NCBI GenBank assembly: GCA_965223855.1
Contig: CBDCXM010000009.1
Location: 2,912,001 to 2,976,000 of the forward strand
DNA: 64,000 nt
From: Candidatus Multivoradales bacterium
GTDB taxonomy: Bacteria > Acidobacteriota > Thermoanaerobaculia > Multivoradales > JAHEKO01
Reading direction: 5' to 3'
How positions within the stretch are numbered: the stretch's first letter is position 1; each line of letters begins with the position of its first letter. The position numbers and the translations under genes are program-made. Shown here piece after piece: positions 31,456 to 41,641 of the stretch. Under the pieces are notes generated by a model that did no database searches, was not told the origin of the DNA, and saw nothing but the letters and a program-made list of their open reading frames with translations.

Positions 31456-33948
31456 ATGGATCGCTTCTTGCAGAAGAGCACGCGTGGAGACGACGACCGG
31501 GTGAGAGCTCTCGAAGCAGACTGGGGCGGGTGCAGGCCGTCGCCCACAGATGGACGTACGCACAGCGCCCACCGGAGCAGGTGGCGCGGTGCTCTATTGG
31601 CGGCATGCTGCCTGATCGGCGCGCTCTCGGCGCCGCGGGAGGCCTCCGCGCAGCTCTACAACGGACAGCAGATCGTCGATCTTCAGTTCGAGGGGCTTCA
31701 GACGCTGGCGGAGAGCACCCTCGTCTTCTACCTCGGTCTCGAGGAGGGGACGAGCCACACCGCGGCTTCGCTCAACGAGAAGATTCATCTGCTCTGGTCG
31801 CGCGGCCTGATCGACGACATCTCCGTGCAGACGGAGCAGGTTCCGGGCGGTGTGAGCCTCAGAATCCGGCTCGTCGAGAGGCCGACGCTGTCGTCGATCG
31901 AGTACACCGGCATCAAGCGGCTGCAGCGCACCGACATCAACGACCGGATCACCCGCGACCGGATCAAGGCCCGAGAGGGAGATCCTCTCAGCGAGGGTGA
32001 GCTCTACCGGCTGAAGGCTGCGATCGAAGAGCTCTACCACGAGCGCGGCTACCGTCTGGCGGAGGCCAACTACTCGATCGAGGAGGGGCGCGCGGGCAAC
32101 CGGCGGGTCATCTTCACGGTCGACGAGGGAGACAAGGTCAGGATCTCGGAGATCGACTTCGAGGGCAACACCGTCTTCAGCGACAGCCGGCTCAAGTGGA
32201 CGATGAGCAAAACCAAGGAGAGCGGGTTCATCACCAAGCTCTTCCAGCGGGACGTCTACGAGGAGACCAAGTTCGAGGAGGATCTCGACAAGGTCCGCGA
32301 GGTCTACCGCAAGGCCGGCTACAAGAACCTCGTGATCGGTGAGCCGGAGATCGATATCGAGGCGGAGCGACCGCAGGCGGCGACCATCTCCGAGCAGCGC
32401 CGTCGCATGGTGATCACCATCCCGCTCGAGGAGGGGCAGCGGTGGCGCCTCGGTGACATCACGATCGAAGGGAACGAGAGGTTCAGCGACGAGTTGCTGC
32501 TCGCTCAGTTCGAGAAGCCGCGTGGTGGCTGGCTGCGATCGACGGTCATCGACGAAGGCCTCGAGGCGGTCGGCGAGGTCTACCGCAACACCGGCTACCT
32601 GTTCGCCAACGTCGCTTCGGAGCTCGTCGAGAGGGATGGCGACGTGGCCGACGTTCTCGTCAAGGTGGACGAGGGAGACCAGTACCGTGTCGGTCGGATC
32701 GAGTTCGTCGGCAACCTCAAGACGAAGGACAAGGTGATCCGACGCGAGCTCGGGGTGCAGGAGGGGCGGATTCTGAGCTCCGGCGCACTCAAGAACTCGC
32801 TGCTGCGCGTTCGCCAGCTCGAGTTCTTCAAGATCGACGAGGACGAGCCGGTCGAGTTCGACTTCGACAGCGAGAACAAGACTGTCGATCTGCTGATCAA
32901 GGGGCAGGAGGGGCAACGAACCGAGCTGCTCTTCGGAGGCGGTTTCAGCGAGCTCGACGGGTTTTTCGGCCAGCTTCAGTTCCGCACGCGGAACTTCCTC
33001 GGCCGGGGGGAGACGGTCGGTGTGTCGCTCCAGTCAGGCGGCCGGCAGGACGTATTCGACCTCTCCTACAGCATTCCGTGGCTCTTCGACCGGCCGCAGA
33101 ATCTCGGCATCCAGGCGTTCAAACGGCGCCTCGACTTCCAGTTTCTGGACGGACAGCAGATCTTCCAGGACACCCAGGGGGGAACCCTGACGTACGGCCG
33201 CCGGCTGTCGCTCTTCGGCACCGCCTCGGTCGCCTACAGCCGTTTCGACGCCACAGACAGTCGCAGCCTGATCAACGGACTCGGCGATCTCGTCAGCCAG
33301 GAGTTCAGTCGCGACGTCTCGAACCTCCGACTCGCCTATGGCTTCGACAAGCGCGACAGTGTGCTCACTCCCTCGCGTGGGATGCGATACACCGCCAGTA
33401 TCGACTACGCCGGTGGCGCTCTCGGAGGCAATTCGAACTTCGTGCGCCCCAGGGCGCAGTTCAGCCTCTTCAAGCCGATCACCCAGACCCGGGTCCAGAC
33501 GGTCGCCGCGATCAATGTCGAAGCGGGCTTCATCGAGCCCTTCGGCAGCGAGCCGCTGTTCTTCAACGATCGCTTCTATCTGGGCGGCGAGTCGACTCTC
33601 AGAGGCCATCGGGTTCGCACGATCTGGGTGCGCGAGCAGGACGGGACGACGAGGGTCGACGAACAGGGCTTCCCGATCGGCGGCGACAAGTTCTTCCAGA
33701 TCAACCTGGAGTACCAGTGGCTGCTCGGCGGGCCGTTCAGGATTCTCGCCTTCTACGATGCGGCGAACGTCTTCGCGCCGGACCAGACGATCGAGCTCGA
33801 CGATCTGCGCAGGACGACCGGACTCGAACTGAGGGTCAACATCCCGGCGTTCGGAGCCCCTCTGCGCTTCATCTACTCGACCAACCTCACCCCGTTCGCT
33901 GATGACCGGTTCGAGAGCTTCCGGTTCAGCGTCGGTGCCGGTTTCTGA
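31456..33948 (+). CDS. bamA: Outer membrane protein assembly factor BamA
   Basis: POTRA repeats, GNLKTKDKVIRRE, RNFLGRGE, FYLGGESTLRG, terminal F; context with skp and lpxD; start uncertain (31456 or 31501). Confidence 0.95.
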   Translation: MDRFLQKSTRGDDDRVRALEADWGGCRPSPTDGRTHSAHRSRWRGALLAACCLIGALSAPREASAQLYNGQQIVDLQFEGLQTLAESTLVFYLGLEEGTSHTAASLNEKIHLLWSRGLIDDISVQTEQVPGGVSLRIRLVERPTLSSIEYTGIKRLQRTDINDRITRDRIKAREGDPLSEGELYRLKAAIEELYHERGYRLAEANYSIEEGRAGNRRVIFTVDEGDKVRISEIDFEGNTVFSDSRLKWTMSKTKESGFITKLFQRDVYEETKFEEDLDKVREVYRKAGYKNLVIGEPEIDIEAERPQAATISEQRRRMVITIPLEEGQRWRLGDITIEGNERFSDELLLAQFEKPRGGWLRSTVIDEGLEAVGEVYRNTGYLFANVASELVERDGDVADVLVKVDEGDQYRVGRIEFVGNLKTKDKVIRRELGVQEGRILSSGALKNSLLRVRQLEFFKIDEDEPVEFDFDSENKTVDLLIKGQEGQRTELLFGGGFSELDGFFGQLQFRTRNFLGRGETVGVSLQSGGRQDVFDLSYSIPWLFDRPQNLGIQAFKRRLDFQFLDGQQIFQDTQGGTLTYGRRLSLFGTASVAYSRFDATDSRSLINGLGDLVSQEFSRDVSNLRLAYGFDKRDSVLTPSRGMRYTASIDYAGGALGGNSNFVRPRAQFSLFKPITQTRVQTVAAINVEAGFIEPFGSEPLFFNDRFYLGGESTLRGHRVRTIWVREQDGTTRVDEQGFPIGGDKFFQINLEYQWLLGGPFRILAFYDAANVFAPDQTIELDDLRRTTGLELRVNIPAFGAPLRFIYSTNLTPFADDRFESFRFSVGAGF

Positions 33949-33974
33949 TCGGAATCACCAAGGAGTTCAGGATC

Positions 33975-34574
33975 ATGAGTCTTCGCAAGACGCGCTCGAA
34001 GCCCGGCTGGGCGCTGCTCCCGGCGTTGCTGCTTGCCACCGTCGTTCCTCAACCGCAGATTGCGGCTCAGGAGGAGACCTCCGAGGGGGCGGCGCCTCAG
34101 GCCGTCTCCCAGCCCGGGGCGACCCGTGTCGCCGTCATCGACGTCCGGCGCATCCTCCTCGAATCGACGGCCGGCAAGGCGGCGATCGAGGAACTGCGCC
34201 AGCTCGCCGAGTCCCGTCAGTCCGCACTGGCCGCGAAGGAGGAGGAGGCCGCTGAGCTCCAGGAGACGATCGAGACCCAGCGGCTGACCCTCGCCGAGGG
34301 CAAGCTCGAGGAGATGGAGCGCGACCTTCAGGACATGGTGATCGACATGCGCCGTGACCAGGACGATGCCCGCCGGGAGTTGGAGGAGCGGCAGGTCGCG
34401 GAGTTCGGGAAGATCGAGGAGAAGGTGATGCCGCTCATCCAGGAACTGGGTGAGGAGATGGGATACACCCTCATCTTCAACAAGTTCGAGGACAGCGGAC
34501 TGCTGTTCGCCGCCGACGGCGCCGATGTCACGGACGAGGTGCTGCGCCGCTTCAATGCGCTGCCCGAAGGGTAG
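33975..34574 (+). CDS. skp: OmpH/Skp periplasmic chaperone
   Basis: Signal peptide, VAVIDVRRIL, coiled coil, DVTDEVL; between bamA and lpxD. Confidence 0.92.
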   Translation: MSLRKTRSKPGWALLPALLLATVVPQPQIAAQEETSEGAAPQAVSQPGATRVAVIDVRRILLESTAGKAAIEELRQLAESRQSALAAKEEEAAELQETIETQRLTLAEGKLEEMERDLQDMVIDMRRDQDDARRELEERQVAEFGKIEEKVMPLIQELGEEMGYTLIFNKFEDSGLLFAADGADVTDEVLRRFNALPEG

Positions 34575-34577
34575 CCC

Positions 34578-35597
34578 TTGAGCTTCAGGCTCGCCGATCT
34601 GGCAGCACTCGTCGGCGGTGAGGTCGTCGGCGACGGCGAGCGTCCGATCGAAGGACTGCGGACGCTCGAAGACGCGCGAGAGAACCATCTCTCCTTCCTC
34701 ACCCATTCGAGGTACCGGGAGGAGGCGAACCGCAGCTCGGCCGGAGCGCTTCTGGTCGGCAGAGGGGACGACGACCTCACGACAGACCTCGTGGTCGTGG
34801 AGGATCCTTCGAGGGCTCTCGCACTTCTGCTGCGCCACTTCGCCTCACCGCGGCGCGCAGAGCCCGGCATCCATCCCTCGGCCGTGATCGCGGAGGATGC
34901 CGAGGTCGATCCCTCCGCCTCCATCGGGGCTCTCTGTGTCGTCGGATCGGGTGCCCTGATCGGCCCCCGCACGCGGCTCGAGCCGCACTGCGTCCTCGGC
35001 GAGGGCGCAACTGTAGGTGCGGACTGCCTGCTGCACGCCAGGGTGACGCTCTACGACCGCTCGGCAGTGGGAGATCGGTGCATCCTTCATTCGGGAGCCG
35101 TCGTGGGCGCCGACGGGTTCGGCTACGCCTCCGACGGCGAGGGGCACCACAAGCTCGAGCACCTCGGTCGCACGGTTCTCGAGGACGATGTGGAGGTGGG
35201 AGCCAACGCAACACTCGACCGCGGGATGCTCGGCGACACGGTGATCGGCGCGGGCACGAAGATCGACGACCTCGTGATGGTCGCCCACAACGTCCGCGTG
35301 GGACGCCACTGCCTGCTGGTCGCACAGGCCGGAATCGCCGGCAGCGCGCGCCTCGGAGACCGGGTCACGGTGGCCGGGCAGTCCGGTATCATCGGGCATA
35401 TCGCGGTGGGTGACGACGTGGTCGTAGCGAGCAAGTCGGCGGTCTATCGGGAGGTGGAACCGGGCAAGCAGCTAGCGGGCATCCCGGCCACGGATCTCCC
35501 GCTCTGGCGCCGGCAGCAGGCGATCGTCGCTCGGCTGCCCGAATGGCGCGCGAGGCTGATGCGACTCGAACGGGATCGCCGGGAGGAGAGCGAGTGA
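34578..35597 (+). CDS. lpxD: UDP-3-O-acylglucosamine N-acyltransferase
   Basis: Hexapeptide repeats, GADGFGY, VEVGANATLDRG, KIDDLVMVAHN. Confidence 0.96.
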   Translation: MSFRLADLAALVGGEVVGDGERPIEGLRTLEDARENHLSFLTHSRYREEANRSSAGALLVGRGDDDLTTDLVVVEDPSRALALLLRHFASPRRAEPGIHPSAVIAEDAEVDPSASIGALCVVGSGALIGPRTRLEPHCVLGEGATVGADCLLHARVTLYDRSAVGDRCILHSGAVVGADGFGYASDGEGHHKLEHLGRTVLEDDVEVGANATLDRGMLGDTVIGAGTKIDDLVMVAHNVRVGRHCLLVAQAGIAGSARLGDRVTVAGQSGIIGHIAVGDDVVVASKSAVYREVEPGKQLAGIPATDLPLWRRQQAIVARLPEWRARLMRLERDRREESE

Positions 35598-36043
35598 CGG
35601 ACAACGAACAGTCGATGGATGTGCGGTGGATCATGTCGGTGCTGCCGCACCGCTATCCCTTCCTGCTCGTGGATCGTGTGATTGCGATCCAGCCGGGCGA
35701 GTCGATCCAGGCCTACAAGAACGTCACCGCCAACGAGGAGTTCTTCAACGGCCATTTCCCGGGGCATCCGGTCATGCCGGGGGTGATGATCATCGAGGGG
35801 ATGGCTCAGGCGGCCGGCATTCTGACTTTGCACGACCGCCCGCAGCGCGAGGACAAGCTGATGTACTTCACCGGGATCGACAGCGCCCGCTTCCGGCGCC
35901 CGGTCGTCCCCGGCGATCGGCTGGTGTACGAAGTGAAGATCCTGCGCCTGCGCTCGTCGTACTGCAAGCTCGAGGGGCGGGCTCTGGTGGACGGCGAACT
36001 GGCCGCGCAGGCGACCATGGCGTCCGCGCTGGTGGATCGATGA
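35594..36043 (+). CDS. fabZ: 3-hydroxyacyl-ACP dehydratase
   Basis: [27 protein letters not shown]. Confidence 0.97.
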   Translation: MTDNEQSMDVRWIMSVLPHRYPFLLVDRVIAIQPGESIQAYKNVTANEEFFNGHFPGHPVMPGVMIIEGMAQAAGILTLHDRPQREDKLMYFTGIDSARFRRPVVPGDRLVYEVKILRLRSSYCKLEGRALVDGELAAQATMASALVDR

Positions 36044-36858
36044 CCGAACACATCCACCCGACAGCCGTCGTAGACCCGGGCGCCGAACTCGGGGATGGCG
36101 TCAGAATCGGTCCGTACGCCGTCGTTGGAGCCGGCGTGACGCTCGGCGCCGACTGCGAGGTCGGAGCCTCGGCGCAGGTCGACGGGCCGAGTACCTTCGG
36201 AGCAGGGAACAGGATCTTCCCGCACGCCTGTGTCGGATTCGAGCCGCAGGACCTCAAGTTCGACGGCGAGGAGACTCGCCTGGAGGTCGGCAGCGGCAAT
36301 TCGTTCCGCGAGTTCTGCACGGTTCATCGCGGGACCGCCGTGGGTGGTGGCCTGACGTCCATCGGCGACGACAATCTCTTCATGGCGTACTCCCACGTGG
36401 CGCATGACTGCCACGTCGGCAACCGGACGATCTTCAGCAACGGTGGGACCCTCGCGGGCCACGTCGAGGTACACGACGACGCGGTCGTCGGTGCCTACAG
36501 CGCGGTCCACCAGTTCTGCAGAGTCGGGCGGCACGCCTATATCGGAGGCTATTCCGTCATCACCCAGGACGCGCTGCCGTTCGTCAAGACCGTGGGTCAC
36601 CGGCCGGCGGTGTACGGGCTCAACCGCATCGGCCTCGAGCGAAAGGGGTTCGACAAGGAGACTCTTCAGCGGCTCGATGCGGCGCTGCGGGTCTTTCTGC
36701 GCAAGGGACTCGGAAACGAAACCGCGCTGGAGCGGCTGCGGGCCGAGCACTCGGACGGTGCCGAGGTGGACGAGCTGATCGAATTCATTGCCGGCAGCCG
36801 GCGCGGAGTGATCAAGAACCTCCCGGGCGGCCGTCGCAGCCGCGGTGGCAGTGGCTGA
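36040..36858 (+). CDS. lpxA: Acyl-ACP--UDP-N-acetylglucosamine O-acyltransferase
   Basis: IHPTAVV, PQDLKF, HVAHDC, VHQFCRVG, GLNRIGLER. Confidence 0.96.
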   Translation: MTEHIHPTAVVDPGAELGDGVRIGPYAVVGAGVTLGADCEVGASAQVDGPSTFGAGNRIFPHACVGFEPQDLKFDGEETRLEVGSGNSFREFCTVHRGTAVGGGLTSIGDDNLFMAYSHVAHDCHVGNRTIFSNGGTLAGHVEVHDDAVVGAYSAVHQFCRVGRHAYIGGYSVITQDALPFVKTVGHRPAVYGLNRIGLERKGFDKETLQRLDAALRVFLRKGLGNETALERLRAEHSDGAEVDELIEFIAGSRRGVIKNLPGGRRSRGGSG

Positions 36859-37795
36859 CCCTCACGGCCGACGCCTTCGGGTGGGGGTCGTCGGGACGGG
36901 TGCTCTCGGCCGCCACCATGTGAGGATCGCCGCCGAGCTGCCTGAGGCGGAGCTGATCGGCGTGGTCGACCGGCGGGTCGATGTCGCGAGGGAACTCATC
37001 GCCGCCCACGGAGGCCGTGTCTTTCCGAACGTCATCGCCCTCGCCTCCGAGGTGGACGCGGCGGTCGTCGCCGTGCCGACTCGCGATCATCTGGAGATCG
37101 CCCGAACGCTCCTCGAGGCCGGAGTCCACGTGATGGTGGAGAAGCCGATCGCGACGACCCTCGCCGAGGCCGACGAGATGATCGACACGGCCGGCGACCG
37201 CGTACTCGCTGTCGGTCACGTGGAGTTCTACAACCCGGCCGTGCAGGCGCTGCTCCCGGTGGCCTCAGATCCCGGCTTCGTGGAGTTCGAGAGGCTTGCC
37301 GCCTTCACTCCGCGAAGCCTCGACGTCGACGTGGTGCTCGACCTGATGATTCACGACCTGCAGATTCTCCATGCACTCGACCCGAGCCCCGTCCGCGAAG
37401 TGAGGGCCACGGGGATCCGGGTTCTGACGGAGCGGGTCGACATCGCCAACGTCAGGCTGGAGCTCGAGTCCGGATGTGTGGCGAACCTCACCGCGTCTCG
37501 GGTCTCGGCCGAGAAGTCGCGCAAGCTCCGGGTGTTCCTCGAACGCCGATACTTCTCGCTCGACTATCACGAGCAGTCGATTCATGGCTTCGAGCTGGTC
37601 GCGGAGGGGGGAGAGCGCGGGATACGGCCTGTGGAGCGACCGGTCGAGCCGGCGGAGCCGCTCAAGGCGGAGATGCGGGCGTTCCTGGCGGCCTGCCGTG
37701 GAGACGAAGCAACGTATGTTTCGGGCCGGGACGGTCGACGTGCGCTCGAGACTGCGGAGCGGGTGCTGGCGGCGATCGACCGGCGTGCCGGCTGA
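36845..37795 (+). CDS. Gfo/Idh/MocA oxidoreductase (GnnA-like UDP-GlcNAc 3-dehydrogenase candidate)
   Basis: VGTGALGRHH Rossmann motif, VEKP, DVVLDLMIHD, TASRVS; immediately after lpxA. Confidence 0.85.
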   Translation: MAVADPHGRRLRVGVVGTGALGRHHVRIAAELPEAELIGVVDRRVDVARELIAAHGGRVFPNVIALASEVDAAVVAVPTRDHLEIARTLLEAGVHVMVEKPIATTLAEADEMIDTAGDRVLAVGHVEFYNPAVQALLPVASDPGFVEFERLAAFTPRSLDVDVVLDLMIHDLQILHALDPSPVREVRATGIRVLTERVDIANVRLELESGCVANLTASRVSAEKSRKLRVFLERRYFSLDYHEQSIHGFELVAEGGERGIRPVERPVEPAEPLKAEMRAFLAACRGDEATYVSGRDGRRALETAERVLAAIDRRAG

Positions 37796-37810
37796 CGAAG
37801 GAGGGGAAGC

Positions 37811-38680
37811 ATGACGACGGCACACATCGGCGTGATCGGCGGAAGCGGTCTGTACGACATGCCGCAGATCGAGCGAGTCCGGACGGAGGCGGTCGAGACG
37901 CCGTTCGGCCCGCCCTCCGCACCCTTGCGAGTCGGCCGCCTGGAGGGGGTGCCGGTAGCCTTCCTCGCGCGCCACGGCGAGGCGCATACCCTGCTGCCCT
38001 CGGAGCTCAACTTCCGGGCGAACCTCTACGCTCTCAAGCGCCTCGGAGTCGAGTGGGTGATCTCGGTGAGTGCTGTCGGCTCGATGCGGCGGCGGTATGC
38101 ACCGACCGACATCGTCGTTCCGGATCAGTTCTACGACCGAACGCGCCATCGTGCCGACACGTTCTTCGGCTCAGGTCTGGTCGCTCACGTGTCGATGGCC
38201 GACCCGGTCTGCGCCGAACTCCGGGACGTTCTGGTGGCGGCTTCCGAGAGCTGTGGAGCGCGCACCCACTCGGGGGGTACCTACCTGTGCATGGAAGGGC
38301 CGCAGTTCTCGACACGAGCCGAGTCTCACGTCTACCGGAGCTGGGGCATGGACGTGATCGGCATGACCAACCTCCAGGAAGCCAAGCTCGCGCGCGAGGC
38401 CGAGATGTCCTACGCCACTCTCGCCATGGTCACCGACTACGATTGCTGGCACGAGGAGGAGGCCGACGTCGAGGTGACCGACGTGCTTACGGTCCTGCGG
38501 GAGAACGCAGCCATGGCGCAGAGGGTCGTTCGCGAAGCGGTGCGGACGATCGGCACGGAACGGAGCACACCCTGGACGGGAAGTCTCCGTTACGCGATGA
38601 TCACCGCACTCGAGCACGTGCCGAAGGAGACCCTGGAGAAGCTGGGTCCTATCGTGGCGCCGTATCTCGAGCCCTCCTGA
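37811..38680 (+). CDS. mtnP: S-methyl-5'-thioadenosine phosphorylase
   Basis: IGGSGLY, RHG, EGPQFSTRAES, GMT, VTDYDCW. Confidence 0.93.
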   Translation: MTTAHIGVIGGSGLYDMPQIERVRTEAVETPFGPPSAPLRVGRLEGVPVAFLARHGEAHTLLPSELNFRANLYALKRLGVEWVISVSAVGSMRRRYAPTDIVVPDQFYDRTRHRADTFFGSGLVAHVSMADPVCAELRDVLVAASESCGARTHSGGTYLCMEGPQFSTRAESHVYRSWGMDVIGMTNLQEAKLAREAEMSYATLAMVTDYDCWHEEEADVEVTDVLTVLRENAAMAQRVVREAVRTIGTERSTPWTGSLRYAMITALEHVPKETLEKLGPIVAPYLEPS

Positions 38681-38713
38681 ACCACTCAGAGCTTCCACCC
38701 AGAGGTCCTACCG

Positions 38714-39490
38714 ATGACTCGCATTCTGGTCACCAACGATGATGGTGTGTTCTCCGAAGGCATCAAGCTGCTGGCCAGGGCGCTCGAGCCGCTTGCGGAG
38801 GTGTGGGTGGTCGCTCCCGATCGCGAGCAGAGTGCCATGGGACACGCGCTCACCCTTCACCGCCCGCTCAGGATGCGGCCGCTCGGCGAGCGGCTCTACT
38901 CGGTCGACGGAACTCCGACGGACTGCGTCAATCTCGCGGTGCTCTCGCTCCTCAAGGAGACTCCGCCCGACCTCGTCGTCTCGGGAATCAACTTCGGGCT
39001 CAACCTGGGCGATGACGTCACCTATTCGGGAACGGTCAGCGCGACCTTCGAAGGGACGCTGATGGGGATCCCGTCCGTCGCCTTCAGCCAGCAGGTCGCC
39101 AAGTCCTTTTCCTTCGAGCCGGGAGCCGCATATGCCGCGGGCCTGATCGAAGTGCTGCTGGGGCACGATCTTCCGGAGGATCTTCTGCTCAACGTCAACT
39201 TTCCGGCCGGTGAGTTCAAGGGGTCGCAAGTGACGAAGCTGGGGCGGCGGCGTTATCAGCAGTCGGTCGTCGAGAAGGTCGACCCGCACGGGCGTGAGTA
39301 CTACTGGATCGCCGGCACACCGGTGTGGGAGAAGTCGGAGGGATCCGATCAGGATGCCGTGGAGGACGGTTTCGTCTCGATCACCCCTCTGCACCTCGAC
39401 CTGACCGACTACCGCGGGCTCGAGTCCTACGGCTGGCTGGAAGAGGAGCTGGCGAGTGCCCGTTCGAAGACATCCGGGGACAGAGGATGA
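38714..39490 (+). CDS. surE: 5'/3'-nucleotidase SurE
   Basis: ILVTNDDG, GTPTDCV, SGINFGLN, YSGTV, SITPL. Confidence 0.97.
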   Translation: MTRILVTNDDGVFSEGIKLLARALEPLAEVWVVAPDREQSAMGHALTLHRPLRMRPLGERLYSVDGTPTDCVNLAVLSLLKETPPDLVVSGINFGLNLGDDVTYSGTVSATFEGTLMGIPSVAFSQQVAKSFSFEPGAAYAAGLIEVLLGHDLPEDLLLNVNFPAGEFKGSQVTKLGRRRYQQSVVEKVDPHGREYYWIAGTPVWEKSEGSDQDAVEDGFVSITPLHLDLTDYRGLESYGWLEEELASARSKTSGDRG

Positions 39491-40152
39491 GCGACGATCC
39501 CGGCCAGCAGCGCCGGAGGATGGTCGAGCGCCTCCGTTCCGAGCTCGGGATCGCCGACGAGCGCGTACTGACGGCGATGATGACGGTCCCACGTCATCAC
39601 TTCGTCGATGACGGACCGCTCGCCTCTCACGCCTACAGTCTCCATGCTCTGCCGATCGGCGAGGAGCAGACGATCTCGAAGCCCGGGGTCGTCGCCCGCA
39701 TGACCGAGCTCCTCGAAGTCGGCGAGGAGGACAGCGTGCTCGAGATCGGTACCGGCTCGGGCTACCAGACGGCCATCCTGGCCGAGTTGGCGAAGCGGGT
39801 GTACAGCCTCGAGATCGTCCCCGCTCTCGCCCGTCAGGCGCTCGGCAGGATCCGCGCCCGGGGGTACACCAACGTGAAGATCCAGATCTTCGACGGCACC
39901 GTCGGCTGGAGCGAGGTGGCACCCTTCGATCGCATCCTCGTGACCGCCGGCGCTCCCTCTCTCCCGGCACCGCTGCTGGCGCAGCTCGCGGAGGGAGGCA
40001 GGCTGCTGATCCCGGAAGGGGAGCGTGACCGGCAGCATCTGGTGATCTATGAACGGGCGGGCGACAAGGTGCGACGCGAGGTGAAGGACGAGGCGTCGTT
40101 CGTCCCGCTGACCGGTCGCCACGGCTGGGAAGAGAAGGTGGAGAGCCGATGA
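39487..40152 (+). CDS. pcm: Protein-L-isoaspartate O-methyltransferase
   Basis: VPRHHFV, QTISKP, VLEIGTGSGYQ, APFDRILVTA, FVPL. Confidence 0.96.
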   Translation: MSDDPGQQRRRMVERLRSELGIADERVLTAMMTVPRHHFVDDGPLASHAYSLHALPIGEEQTISKPGVVARMTELLEVGEEDSVLEIGTGSGYQTAILAELAKRVYSLEIVPALARQALGRIRARGYTNVKIQIFDGTVGWSEVAPFDRILVTAGAPSLPAPLLAQLAEGGRLLIPEGERDRQHLVIYERAGDKVRREVKDEASFVPLTGRHGWEEKVESR

Positions 40153-40796
40153 AGGCCGCCTGGAACAAGCTTCACGACCTGTTGAGCGGGATGCTGCACT
40201 GGGTCGAAGGGCTCGCACAGACGCCGACTGCGGAGTGGGCGCTCTTCGCCATCGCCTTCGCCGAGAGCAGCTTCTTCCCGATCCCTCCCGACGTGCTGTT
40301 GATCGCGCTGTGCCTCGGTGACCCCTCCAAGGCGCTCTGGTTCGCCTTGCTGTGCAGCGTCGGCTCCGTCCTCGGAGGCATGTTCGGGTACGGGGTGGGC
40401 TACTGGGGCGGGCGGCCGCTGGTGCAGCGTCTCTTCGACGAGCGCAAGGTGGAGGCGGTGCGCAGGCTGTACGACCGATACAACGCCTGGGCCACCGGTA
40501 TCGCGGGATTGACCCCTCTGCCGTACAAGATCTTCACCTTGAGCGCCGGTGCCCTGGGGGTCGACTTCAAGGTCTTCGCGTTGGCATCGGTGGTCGCTCG
40601 CAGTCTTAGATTCTTCGCCGTAGCCGGTCTGCTCTACTGGCTCGGCGAGCCGGCGAAGCAGTTCATCGAGGAGTACCTCAACCTGTTCTCGATCCTCTTC
40701 GTCGTCCTGCTCGTCGGCAGTTTCTGGCTGCTGTCGAGATGGACGTCGCAGGCAGGTGAGGAGGACGTCGGCGACAGCGAGCAGGAGCACGTATAA
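40149..40796 (+). CDS. YqaA/DedA (VTT) family membrane protein
   Basis: FAESSFFPIPPD, TPLPYKIFT, RSLRFF; typical surE-pcm-yqaA context. Confidence 0.9.
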   Translation: MKAAWNKLHDLLSGMLHWVEGLAQTPTAEWALFAIAFAESSFFPIPPDVLLIALCLGDPSKALWFALLCSVGSVLGGMFGYGVGYWGGRPLVQRLFDERKVEAVRRLYDRYNAWATGIAGLTPLPYKIFTLSAGALGVDFKVFALASVVARSLRFFAVAGLLYWLGEPAKQFIEEYLNLFSILFVVLLVGSFWLLSRWTSQAGEEDVGDSEQEHV

Positions 40797-40797
40797 T
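40792..40797 (+). promoter_or_regulatory. Putative sigma70 -10 box for tRNA-Arg
   Basis: Perfect TATAAT overlapping the yqaA stop, followed by GC-rich CCCGCCC, 14 nt before the tRNA. Confidence 0.6.
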
Positions 40798-40811
40798 CCC
40801 GCCCGCCCGAA

Positions 40812-40888
40812 GCGGCTGTAGCTCAGGTGGATAGAGCGGAGGTTTCCTAAACCTTAGGTCGGGGGTTCGAGTCCTCCCAGCCGCACCA
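40812..40888 (+). tRNA. tRNA-Arg (anticodon CCT)
   Basis: Acceptor stem GCGGCTG/CAGCCGC; D-arm GCTC/GAGC; anticodon loop TTCCTAA; T-loop TTCGAGT; encoded CCA. Confidence 0.97.
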
Positions 40889-40930
40889 GCCATTGAATTC
40901 GATCCGGGATCCGGACGACAGGAACGAGCC

Positions 40931-41605
40931 ATGAGCGATCGATTGACACGACAGGAGATGAAGCGGGACGAGGTCCTCGAAGGGCTGGCTCGCGCGGTCG
41001 AGTTCTTCCGCGAGAACGCGAAGGCGATCGGAGTCGCCCTGCTGGGGCTTCTCGTAGCCGTAACCGGCTACGCGGCCTGGCAGGGCTACCAGGGAGGCGC
41101 CGAAAGGCGCGCCAACGAGAGTCTCGCCTCGGCCCTCGAGAGCATCGACACAGCGCAGTCCGAGACGAGCGAGGAGCTGCGCTCGTCGCTCGCGGCGGTG
41201 ATCGACGATCATGGCTCGACGAAGGCGGGCAGCGTCGCCCACGCCTATCTCGGCCGAGCCGCTGCCGCGGACGGGGACTTCGCCGCCGCCCGCGAGCACT
41301 GGGAGGCGTTCCTGGCGAAGCATAGCGAGCACGCGCTCGCCGCGCAGGTGGAGCGCAACCTGATCGCCCTCGATCGCCAGGAAGGTCGCACCGAGGAGCT
41401 GGTCTCTCGCTTGCGCTCGCAGATCGCGGCCGGGTCCGGTGCGCTGCCCGGAGACGCTCTGCTGTGGGAGCTGGCAAACGCTCTCGAAGCATCGAGTCAG
41501 AACGAGGCGGCGCTCGAGGTCTACGAGCAGCTGACGGAGGAGCACCCGTCGTCGGTGTTCGCCTCGCGGGCCCGCTCCCGGGCCGAGGCGCTGACCCTGT
41601 CCTGA
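40931..41605 (+). CDS. Tetratricopeptide-repeat membrane protein (YfgM-like ancillary SecYEG subunit)
   Basis: N-terminal LTRQEMKRDE, single TM, TPR-like helices ending YEQL.EEHPSS. Confidence 0.8.
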   Translation: MSDRLTRQEMKRDEVLEGLARAVEFFRENAKAIGVALLGLLVAVTGYAAWQGYQGGAERRANESLASALESIDTAQSETSEELRSSLAAVIDDHGSTKAGSVAHAYLGRAAAADGDFAAAREHWEAFLAKHSEHALAAQVERNLIALDRQEGRTEELVSRLRSQIAAGSGALPGDALLWELANALEASSQNEAALEVYEQLTEEHPSSVFASRARSRAEALTLS

Positions 41606-41641
41606 ACCGGGGGCGCGCCGGCAGAGTCGGAGAGCGGCGGC

